Shown here in pieces: positions 24,747-34,941 of a stretch of 64,000 bases of DNA. Source of the stretch: Hamiltosporidium tvaerminnensis FI-OER-3-3 (lineage: Eukaryota; Fungi; Microsporidia); contig CM061250.1 of NCBI GenBank assembly GCA_022605425.2, positions 682,001 through 746,000 on the forward strand, written 5' to 3'. The notes below the pieces were generated by a model that did not search any database, had not been told where the DNA came from, and saw nothing but the letters and a program-made list of their open reading frames with translations. The position numbers and the translations under genes were made by a program. Positions within the stretch are counted from its first letter, which is position 1. The number at the start of each line of letters is the position of its first letter.

Positions 24747-25716
24747 CGAGGCCATTCCTTCGGGTCGGCTGTTACGGAATCGAATATCGTCCGCAATGCC
24801 ATTAGCCTGTTACCTTCCGGAGTAGCTAGAGTACAGGGGCTTGTCATGTCGTACGATGGCTCGCACGCAGAGACTTCAACCGAAGAGGGAACTGGTGTAT
24901 TAGGCGAAGGTAAGGTGTCAAGCCCACTATTTTGCATTTTACTGCATGTTTGGCTTGGTGGTGGAGGTGTTATTGTTGTGTAGGAGGAGGAAGGTAGGGG
25001 AATCGCCGGTGGGTGTAGCTTACATTTTTGTATCTCACTATCACTCTTTTTCACCTCATCAGCGTCGTTTGCAGCCTTTATTTTGGTATTATTCGATATT
25101 TCGCTGCTAACATTTTTCTTTCTACCCATTATGTTAAAGGTATTACATATAAATATTTATAAGAATAAGTTATTATATAACCATTGTAAATTAAAGGTGT
25201 ATTTATAGTATAATCAGGAGTAAAGTGTAGTGTAATATATGTTATGATAGTATTTGTATTGTTATAAGGAGGGTTATAAGGAGTGTTATATGGAGTGTTA
25301 TATGGAGTGTTATATGGAGGGTTATTAGTATTATTATTAGTATTTGTATTAGTAGTATTATTATTAGTATTTGTATTGTTATCAATACTTTTAACCTTAC
25401 TATCTATATCCATATCCTTACTATCCATATCCTTATCTTTACTATCTCTTTCCTTATCTTTACTATCCTTATCTATCATACTATTCTTACTGATATCTAA
25501 CACATCATCCTTATCTATCATACTATCCTTATTCTTACTGATATCTAACACATCATCCTTATCTATCATACTATCCTTACTATCCTTATCCTTATAAATC
25601 TCCTTAATAAGTACTACTTTGTTATTAGTAAAGCTTATAAGTAATGTTTCTTGTGTTGAAGATATAAATGTAGGAATAGAAGTATAACCTATTTTAGATA
25701 GAGGTTTTACTTTCAT
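19483..25716 (-). CDS. Tomosyn/Sro7/Lgl-like WD40 protein with C-terminal R-SNARE-like helix (~1350 aa reconstructed); interrupted by a LINE (22957-25132) and three 1-nt indels (~22719, ~21113, ~19667)
   Basis: Removing the LINE plus one TSD fuses ORF 25129-25716 in frame to ORF 22269-22925 (YVIPLT-TINNNY-MTYNTK). Motifs KIGYTSIPT, ILIGDNKGSVIVYSI and LLHSNGML resemble Lgl/tomosyn blades. The unlisted final frame reads ERNEDLMDLCENVERLESTANRYGKEASDLKERMKKKFWFF*, like the tomosyn VAMP-like tail. Confidence 0.72.
19680..19870 (-). repeat. 39-bp coding tandem repeat (~5 copies, DNNIEDHICDGKG)
   Basis: TCTTCGATATTGTTATCACCCTTACCATCACATATATGA repeated. Confidence 0.95.
22957..25132 (-). mobile_element. 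Second copy of the RT-RLE LINE, with both termini but internally shortened and overwritten by poly-A/T runs; 12-bp TSD
   Basis: Islands nearly identical to 769-4566. GTTAAAGGTATT at 22945-22956 and 25133-25144. ATG at 25129. Confidence 0.92.
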
Positions 25717-25894
25717 ATATATACAAGGGTATGTAAGGATGTAGAGGATATAAAGAGAAGGGGTAAGGAAGGAGTATTATAGAAGGTTATTAGAGGGGGT
25801 ATTAGAGAAGGGGTATATACTATTAGAGGGAGGTATGGTATTAGAGAATATAGGAGAATGTAAGGGATATAAGGGATATCAGAGAGTATTAAAG

Positions 25895-26275
25895 TATAAA
25901 GAATATATAAGGAATATACAAAGAATATACAAAGAATATACAAAGAATATACAAAGAATATATAAGGAATATATAAGAATATAAAAGAAAAAAAGAAAAA
26001 AAAAAAAAAAAAAAAAAAATATATAAGGAATATATAAGAATATACAAAGAATATACAAAGAATATACAAAGAATATACAAAGAATATATAAGGAAGATAA
26101 AAGAATATACAAAGAATATATAAGGAATATATAAGGAAGATAAAAGAATATACAAAGAATATATAAGGAATATATAAGGAAGATAAAAGAATATATAAGG
26201 AAGATAAAAGAATATATAAGGAAGATAAAAGAATATATAAGGAAGATAAAAGAATATATAAGGAAGATAAAAGGT
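25895..26275. repeat. Purine-rich minisatellite (AAAGAATATAC 11-mer grading into AAGGAAGATAAAAGAATATAT 21-mer)
   Basis: Directly visible tandem units upstream of the WD40 gene. Confidence 0.9.
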
Positions 26276-26654
26276 AAATCTTATATTAATACACTTTAAT
26301 TTAATAATACTTATAAAGGTGTTAATAAGTAAAATATTTTTAGATTATATAAGTGTTATATAGGATGTGTTATATAAGTCTTAGATAAGTCTTAGATAAG
26401 TGTTATATAAGTGTTATTTATATATATACGTAAGTATAATGATTAGAATATTTATATACTACTTATATACTACTTATGATATTAAGAGTCTTAATATCTA
26501 TAAGAATATATAATATGTAACTACTTATACTACTTATATATTCTTATATATATTTACTACTTACTTTGTGTATAATATTACATATATTCTACTTATCATT
26601 ATATTTACTTACCTAGTCTTTATATTCAACAAATAATATAAGAAAGTATTTTAT

Positions 26655-26790
26655 ATTTAATATCTATGATACATGAGTTATAATTTAATTTAATATCTAT
26701 GATACATGAGTTATAATTTATAATTTAATATCTATGATACATGAGTTATAATTTTAATTTAATATCTATGATACATGAGTTATAATTTAT
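26655..26790. repeat. Tandem repeat, 4 copies of TTTAATATCTATGATACATGAGTTATAATT
   Basis: Directly visible, period ~34 bp. Confidence 0.9.
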
Positions 26791-27480
26791 AAGTCTTTAA
26801 GACTTTATAAATAATAATTAATAATATTTATAAGAATATTACCTTTCTGTTATACTTGTTTAGAATTTGTATAGTAACATTAACTAATGTAAGTCTTATA
26901 TAAGTTTAGATTATTAGAGTCATTCTTATATTTATATTCTATTTAACTTTATCTTATATTTATATCTTTTCTCTGTAAATGCATTAAGAGATTTACAATT
27001 TAAAAAACTGTATAAATAATTTATACTGTTTTATTTAAATGTTTTAATTTAAGTTATTAGAATTACTAGATGGTAAGCTTGTAGAAATGAATTTTATTTT
27101 ATATTCATAAGAAAATAATATTGGAGATAATCTTATACATTAATATCTAAGCTATTTTTACTTAAAATTTTGAATAAGAATTCCTTGTGCTCACTCAGTC
27201 TTTTTCTCGAATATTCTTTACGTCTTTTATTTACAAATTATTACGTCTTTTATTTACAAAACAAAAATTTAGGTTATTTTTTAATAGCATATTCTTCTTC
27301 TTCTTTTTTATTTACTTTTGGTTTTTTACAACTTTAGCTCCTTATTTTATGTTTAGCTTGTTCACTTTCCACTTATTTATATTCAATTCTGTTTTTTTTC
27401 TCAAAGAAATTTATTCAGACGTTGGATTTTCTTTTTGTGAAAAAAAGTTCTTTTAACTATATGCTGTATTCGTTATTCAT

Positions 27481-27995
27481 TGTATAAATTCTTAGTTATT
27501 TTTATTAAAAATCTTTTGATTTAATCAAGTATAAAGTTCCACGAAGTTAATTCAAGCAAAATTATTTTATTCAAATATTATTGAGAATATAAAAATATAT
27601 TACACAGAAGAATGGTAGAAAAGCATCAATCTTATCATACAATATTTTATGTAACTGTAAATTCTTAGAAAATAAATCACAACAAATTAATTTAATTTTT
27701 TTTTTAAACAGAAAATTCTGAGGAAAATGAAAAAAAAATATATTTATTCGTTTTTCCTTTCTATTAATACAGTCTAGAAAAGGATTTTAACAATTTTTAT
27801 TTCAAATTTTTTTTTAAACCAATAGAATCTTTTTAAGTGTTTTATGTTCAGTTCTACTCACTATTATTGGTTGTGTAAGATTTATGAACAAATAGAAAAA
27901 GACATATCTTAATTGGAGCACGCTTATTGGTGTATTATATTCTTTTAGCCAATTAATTATTTCTAGCTGAGTTCTTCGTCGAATATACTGAATTA
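27481..27995. repeat. ~510-bp diverged dispersed repeat, copy 2
   Basis: Collinear with 13174-13690. Confidence 0.85.
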
Positions 27996-28004
27996 TATTC
28001 ATAT

Positions 28005-28200
28005 TTGATGGATATATTTTCATTAAAAATATTATTGTTATGTATTACACTGTCTATAAATAATGTTTAAGAATATTTGATGGAAATATATTCATTAAGA
28101 ATATTCTTGTTATGTACTACACTGTCTATAAATAATGTTTAAGAATATTTGTGTTTTTACACTGTCTATAAATAATGTTTAAGAATATTTGATGGAAATA
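28005..28200. repeat. Tandem repeat, 3 copies of TACACTGTCTATAAATAATGTTTAAGAATATTTG core
   Basis: Core at ~28047, ~28118, ~28158. Confidence 0.88.
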
Positions 28201-28439
28201 TTTCGTTTGGCTAATTTCAAACATTTAAAATTGTTCGTTTTTTCTATTTCTATATTATTATTGGTTGATTATGATTTATAAACAAATTAAAGATTAAGAA
28301 GTATATAGATTATTTTTAAAGGTATTAGTTGATTATACAAATGATTATGGGTGTTGTTTTCTTACGTTTATTTTCATTATTTTTTGTTACCATTTTCATA
28401 TTTTTATAACGACTTATTTTTCTAATTTTTTTTCTTTTA

Positions 28440-28745
28440 ATTAACCCTCTCATAACCTCTTGTCTTACTACATTTTTAACGTTTAATTTTTTTAACTATA
28501 ACCCTCATATCCTCTTACTCTTATAACCTCTTATCCTCTCATTTTTAACGTTTAATTTTTTTAACTATAACCCTCATATCCTCTTACTCTTATAACCTCT
28601 TATCCTCTCATTTTTAACGTTTAATTTTTTTAACTATAACCCTCATATCCTGATACCCTCATAACCCTCAACTCTTATATCCTCTTACTCTTATAACCTC
28701 TTATCTTACTCATATAATTTTTTAACTATAACCTCATAACCCCCC
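28440..28745. repeat. ~69-bp tandem repeat upstream of HSP90
   Basis: CATTTTTAACGTTTAATTTTTTTAACTATAACCCTCATATCC... three clear copies plus degenerate ones. Confidence 0.88.
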
Positions 28746-28805
28746 ATATCCCCACACATTTTAATATCGATTTTTTTTTCTAAATTTTTTTCTTTTTTTC
28801 TTTTT

Positions 28806-28856
28806 AGAAATTTCTAGAAATTCATATCTATATAATCACTTCAAAAACTGATCCCC
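28806..28856 (+). promoter_or_regulatory. HSP90 promoter: perfect heat-shock element, TATA-like box and CCC motif
   Basis: aGAAatTTCtaGAAa (28806-28820) = nGAAnnTTCnnGAAn. TATATAA at 28829-28835. CCCC immediately before ATG 28857. Confidence 0.75.
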
Positions 28857-31212
28857 ATGACACAAGAAAACACACAACCAGAAAACCAAAACCAAGAACA
28901 CCACAAATACGACGTAGAAGTACAATCACTTCTCTCAATAATAATAAACTCAGTTTACTCTTCAAAAGAATACTTCCTTCGAGAACTTATATCCAACGCA
29001 TCAGACGCTTGTGACAAATTAAAATCGAGTTGGGCAGACTTCAACGCACAGAATTTACCTATCGATTCTCCTTCTTCCCTTTGTATCCATATAATACCCA
29101 ACCAACATAATAAGACACTTATTATACAAGATAACGGTATTGGAATGTCAAAATCTAATTTACTTTCATTTTTAGGAGTTATTGCTAATTCTGGAACTAA
29201 AAAGTTTAAAGAAGCACTTGCACAACAGGGAAAGAAAGCAGATGTAGGTACACTCATTGGACAGTTCGGTGTTGGTTTTTATTCTGCTTTTCTTGTCGCA
29301 GACACCGTACAGGTTATTACCAAACACCCTCAGGATACAGCATATGTCTGGGAATCTTCTGGTCTTTCCGGTTTCACCATACAACCAGCACCCACCTTCC
29401 CCCTCTCACACGGTACACAACTCATCCTACATCTCAAAGAAGGAGAATCCGAATATCTCACCAAATCTAAATTAGAATCTATAATTAAGAAATATTCTAT
29501 GTTCATTGAATATCCCATCTATCTACACGAAGAAGTAGAAGAGGAAGTAGATATTGTTGAGGAGGTAGAGAAAGTAGAAGGTGAGAAGGTAGAAGCCGAG
29601 AAGGTTGATGAAGTAGAAGGTGAGAAGGTAGAAGGTGAGAAGGTTGATGAAGTAGAAGGTGAGAAGATAGAAGAAATAAAGGATGAAATAAAGGATGAAA
29701 GACAAGAAGAAATAAAGGATGAAAGACAAGAGGAAGCAGAAGGTGAGAATAGTAGAAGAAATAAAAGAAGAATTAAAGGATGAAATACAAGAAGAAGTAA
29801 AAGAAGAAGACACTCCTACAATTCAACCCACAATCCAACCTACCACTCAATCCTCAATACAACCCTCTAAAAAAACAGTTAAATCTATAAAACAACACCA
29901 TGTTAATAAAGATAAACCTATATGGACAAGAGACCCTAAAGAAGTAACCCAAGAAGAATATTCTCAATTCTATAAAACAATAAGTGGTGATTGGGAAGAA
30001 CCTTTAATGGTAAAACACTGTTATTTAGAAGGATTAGTAAGTTTTTACATGGTATTGTTTATTCCTAAGAGAAGTAGATTTAATATGTTTGAAAAAGGAA
30101 ATAAAAAAGATTCTATAAAATTATACGTTCAAAATGTATTTGTAACAGATGATTTAGAAGATGCTGTACCTGACTGGATGAGTTTTGTTAGTGGTGTTAT
30201 ATGTAGTAATGACTTACCAATGAATGTGAGTAGAGAATTTTTACAAGGAAAAAACGCTTTAAAAATGATAAAACGAAGTCTTGGAAAAAAAGTGTTAGAA
30301 TTAATAGAAGATGTAGCAAGAGATGAAGAAAAATATAAAATATTTTATAAGGAATTTAGTGCTGCCTTAAAATTAGCTGTTCGTGAAAATGAGAGTAGTG
30401 ATAGACATGCTAATCTTTTAAGATATTACAGTACTAAAAGTGAAGATAAAATGACAGATTTTAAAGGATATGTAAGTAGAATGAAAGAAGGACAGAAACA
30501 GATATATGTACTTACAGGTCTTAGTAAGGAAGAAGTAACTAGAAGTCCATTTTTAAGTAGATTCTCTGATTATGAAGTATTACTGATGCATGAGGCTGTA
30601 GATGAGGTTATGTTACAAGGATTTAAAAAATATAATAATTATGATATACAACGTATTAATGCAGAAGGAGTAGAATTAGTAGAAGATAGTAAGGATGGTA
30701 ATGGTAAAGAGAATAAAGAAGAAGAAAGAAAAGAATTTGAAGGTCTTTGTTCTTTTATCAAGGAAGTTTTAAGTAACAGTGTAGAGAAAGTAATAATAAG
30801 TAAAGGTACAGGTGTTATACCATGTGTTATTTCTACTACCAAATGGAGTCATTCAGCTGCAATGGAAAATATCATAAGATCACAGCCAGGAGCAGAAAAT
30901 AATCAATTTCTTAAATTAATGGGTACTTCTAAGAAAATATTAGAATTAGATATAAATTCACCTTTAATTAAAAAAGTAAAACAAGTTTATGATGAAGGAA
31001 ATAAAAGTATGTTAAAAGGATATGTTAATATTATATTTGAGAATGCTTTAATAGGATGTGGTTATAAGATTGATGATTGTTCTGATTATAGTAATAAAAT
31101 GTTTTCTTGTATTGAAAGAGCTTTTATGTCTGAAGCTGGTAATAAGAATGAGGGGGTGTTTTGTGGGGATGTGTGTGGTGATAAGGTTGAGGAGTTAAAT
31201 GACGTGGAATAA
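28857..31212 (+). CDS. HSP90: Cytosolic heat shock protein 90 (one extra base near 29750 in the charged linker splits it into two ORFs)
   Basis: FLRELISNASDACDK, IQDNGIGM, IGQFGVGFYSAFLVA, NKDKPIWTR, IKLYV, DLPMNVSRE, MENI, KKILELD. No signal peptide. C-terminus LNDVE (MEEVD variant). Confidence 0.96.
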
Positions 31213-31700
31213 AATTGGAATAAAGGTTTGGAATAATTTAAATATTTTTTTTTGTGTTTTATTTGTGTATTTTTATTTGTGTTAAATGACGTGGAATAAA
31301 ATCGGAATAAAGGTTTGGAATAATTTAAATATTTTTTTTATTATTTTTTATTTATTTTTGTTAAATGACGTGGAATAAAGGTTGGAATAAAGGTTTGGAA
31401 TAATTTAAATATTTTTTTTATTATTTTTATTTGTGTTTTTGGTTGAGGATTTAGAGAATTAAATGTGTGGTTTTATTAAATATTTTTATTTTTTATTTTT
31501 ATTTTGTTTTTGGTTGAGGATTTAGAGAATTAAATGTGTGGTTTTATTTAAATATTTTTTTTTTTATTTTTTTTTATTTTTTTTTTGGTTGAGGATTTAG
31601 AGAATTAAATGTGTGGTTTTATTTAAATATTTTTTTTATTATTTTTTTTTATTTTGTATTTGGTTGAGGATTTAGAGAATTAAATGTATGGTTTTATTTA
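31194..31700 (+). repeat. Tandem amplifications of the HSP90 3' end: 3x stop/AATAAA unit, then 4x GGTTGAGGATTTAGAGAATTAAATG unit
   Basis: GTTAAATGACGTGGAATAAA at 31194, 31281, 31360. Second unit at ~31441, 31512, 31587, 31662, separated by T-rich tracts. Confidence 0.9.
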
Positions 31701-31829
31701 AAGTGGTTTTGTAGGAGTTTTGTACTTTTATATGTGTATTTGAGATTAAGGGTTTTTTCAATCTTTTAGAGAATTTATCACAAAGAGATTAATAAGGAAC
31801 AAACAAACGGAGTCTTTTTTGTTATGTAT

Positions 31830-32013
31830 TTCTATAATTATTAGGTTTTATTTCTAATATAACTGCTAATATTCTATAATTATGTTTTTATTTCTAATAT
31901 ACCTGCCAAAATTCTATAATTATGTTTTTATTTCTAATATAACTGCCAATATTATATAATTATGTTTTTATTTCTAATATACCTGCCAATATTATATAAT
32001 TATGTTTTTATTT
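31830..32013. repeat. ~40-bp tandem repeat (4-5 copies)
   Basis: TATAATTATGTTTTTATTTCTAATATA(A/C)CTGCCAA repeated. Confidence 0.88.
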
Positions 32014-32890
32014 CTTTTTTTTGTGGAGTTTATATTTTAATTGAGGAGCTATTTGTATTAAAGGATATATTTAAGGTTTGGAGTAGATCATTTGGGTTTT
32101 TTAAACCGAAATTACTTTATAAAATAATTTATAATAAAACAATGAAATTACTGTTAAATTCTTAGTAATTATAATTAAGAAAATGTGATTTTAATAAATC
32201 GGGCTGTAATAAAGAAAAAATACCATTTTATGATTAGTTAATTGTCTGTAATATATGAAAATACTTTTTTTTGATTAGTTAGTTGTCTGTAATAAAGAAA
32301 AAATACTATTTTTTTTGATTAGTTAATTCTCTTATCTATATGTAAAGAAAACTATTTTTTAAATTTGTAAAAGTTTTATTCTTAAATTTCTTATATTTTA
32401 TTATATTTTGTATATTTTATTGTGTTTAGATATATTTTTATTGTCTGGAATATACTTTATCATCCTTTGTTGAATTCTGTATTACTTAAAGAATTTTATT
32501 TTTATTTTATAATTTTTTTACTCATTATGTTTCAAAATGTAGTTTTTAAATACGAGGCGTTTTTAAATGGTATTTTTTGATGAACATAAAAAATTAAAAG
32601 GTATTTTTTTACTGATTATAACGTTTTTTTTACTGTTTTTAAGTCTTTTTGGTATTAAACAAATCTGAAAATATTTGTAAATCTGTTAAAAACACACTTA
32701 GACATTAAGTTTAATTGGTCATTTTGTTTGTATTCTAGTAATATGTACAGTCTATTGTTTTATTTGCATTTTCAATAGATTCTCGATATTTCTATTTTTT
32801 TTTTCTATTTCTTATTTTCTTTGTCATTGTAGTAAATATACATTTATTTATAAATTAAAATGAAAGTGGAAGTATTTGAAAAATTATTTT

Positions 32891-33075
32891 TTGGTAATGA
32901 GTGTGTGAAATTGGTGTTGTTTTTTGGTGTGAAAATTAGTGTTGTTTTTTGGTGTGAAAATTAGAGAAGAAAATTGATGTGAAATTGGTGTGGAATTAGT
33001 GTGAAATTAGTGTGAAATTGGTATGGAATTAATGTAAAATAAGTGTGGAAATTGGTGTTGAATTTATTGGTGAAT
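32891..33075. repeat. Degenerate GTGAAATTGGTGT minisatellite beginning with a fragment of the SINE-like element
   Basis: TTGGTAATGAGTGTGTGAAATTGGTGT matches TTGGCAATGAGTGTGTGAAACTGGTGT at ~4826-4852 (2 mismatches), followed by repeats of its last 11-13 nt. Confidence 0.7.
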
Positions 33076-33659
33076 AAAAACCTTATAAAACCATTTGACT
33101 AATTCGTTATAATTTTGAAGTAGAAAAGATTGAATTAAATAAATTAAAAAATAAATGATTTTCTCAAAAATATATGGCTTGGCCTCAAATTTAGAATATT
33201 AATTATTAAAAATAGAAGTAAAGATTTGACTGAGAAAATAGAAGTCGATGTGAATGTTAAAATATTTTGACTTTTTAAAACGTGCTTTTCGTTAAACAAG
33301 AATAGACTAATCATTGAAAATATACGTTTGAATTCATAATTCCATATTTTATATATTCATACTCTAGTTTAAGAGGTATAATTAGACTGTAATATGTACG
33401 TATGTATAGAAAATAAAAAATTATATTTAAAAAGTATAATTTTAAATTTAAATTAAATTTATATATTTTTTTTATGTTGTCTATACTATATTTAGAAGGT
33501 TAAAATATTTTATTTTCGTTTCACAAAATGTCTACAAAAAAAAGTAGAAAACTTTTAAAAAAACAGAAAACGTAAAAAAAACAAAAATCTTTATATAAGT
33601 CGAAGAACAAAGTAATATTTGTTTTTATTTTTATATAAATCATTACAATTCATGATATA

Positions 33660-33780
33660 CCCTATAGTATAATCCATAGTGTAATCCATAGTTTAAATCA
33701 TAGTACAATCTATAGTACAATCCATAGTGTAATCCAAAGTATAATCCATAGTACAATCTATAGTATAAATCATATTATAG
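33660..33780. repeat. 12-bp tandem repeat (CCATAGTRYAAT, ~10 copies)
   Basis: Directly visible. Confidence 0.88.
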
Positions 33781-34941
33781 ATATAAATTATTGGAAATAT
33801 ATAGATAGTGAGATAAGATAAAGGTGATATTAGGTGATGTACAGGAATAAATTAGTAATAGAACATAAAGGCATGGCAATAAAAGAATGTATAAGTAATA
33901 TGTGTTATAGAAATTAAAAAGTCTAGTAGAAATAATTTAGGGCTTATTAAACATTTAGAGATCTTGAACATTAAAATACTTATGGATTTAATGTAAAAAC
34001 ATATTCATTAGATAATTTATAAAATTTAAAGATCGATCTCAAAGATTTTAATCACAGAAAGAGGCTAAAAATAAGCGAATCTACTTTATTTAGAGATTTA
34101 AGCAATAAAAATTTTTGATAATTTAATATCATTTACTTTTTTCCGAGATAAATAGAAAATACCGGTTTTTATGAAGATTTTTAATGAATTTTTTTGATTG
34201 AGATACATTTGTTCGAGGAATAGAAACATACCAGTATTTTTTCTAAGAATGTTTTAAAAAACATATTATTAAAGTGGTAATATAAACTATGTAATATCAG
34301 CATTGTTTAAAGAGGTTAGCGTATTTAAAGTTAGTAAATGAAATACTGGTTGTATTCCTTGTATCAATATCACATTTTACTTTTGAAGTCATTAATTATT
34401 TTTAATAAATATTTAGTCAAAAGCTTAATTTTAAATGCACTATGAATCTATTTTTTGGAAAACGTCTAGTAATTGGATTAATGCGAACAGTGGTCATAAA
34501 TTAAAATTTTGATACGAAAATTTAATAATCCTGAAAACCAAAATTATATGAAGCAAAACAATACTAAGCCATATATCATGTATTCAAGAGCAATATAATA
34601 CAGCGAATGAGCTATAGAGCATCTTTATGTAATATTTTATTTACTACCATTTAAAACGATATCCATTAGTTTAAAATCTTGTTGATCCTATAATCATTCA
34701 ATTGAGAAAACACGTAATAAAAGTCTTTTCATTTGTTAAAATATAAATAATTTTGATAATAACAAACAGATCATTCATAATATTTCAAAAATTAATCGTG
34801 GAAATGTTTTTATCAATAAAATAATTAGTGATAGATGAATTGAGATAAAATTAATACAATTTTTAAATATATTTTTCTTTTAATTCAAAAATAAATGATT
34901 TAATTATTTAAATATTTATTAGTCCAAGATTTTCAGAAGTT

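Noticed and set aside
25713-26155. Three overlapping hydrophobic ORFs (YSLYILCIFFV repeats)
   Set aside because: An 11-bp minisatellite read in all frames; no evidence of coding.
28440-28745. Telomere-like TAACCC motifs
   Set aside because: Isolated within a longer 69-bp unit, not tandem hexamers.
29719-29783. Programmed frameshift or split HSP90
   Set aside because: No slippery heptamer or stimulatory structure. A single extra base in a repetitive linker fits the window-wide indel pattern.
31441-31700. Repeat-spacer pattern resembling a CRISPR array (also 26655-26790)
   Set aside because: Spacers are T-rich low-complexity or absent, there are no cas genes, and the context is eukaryotic.
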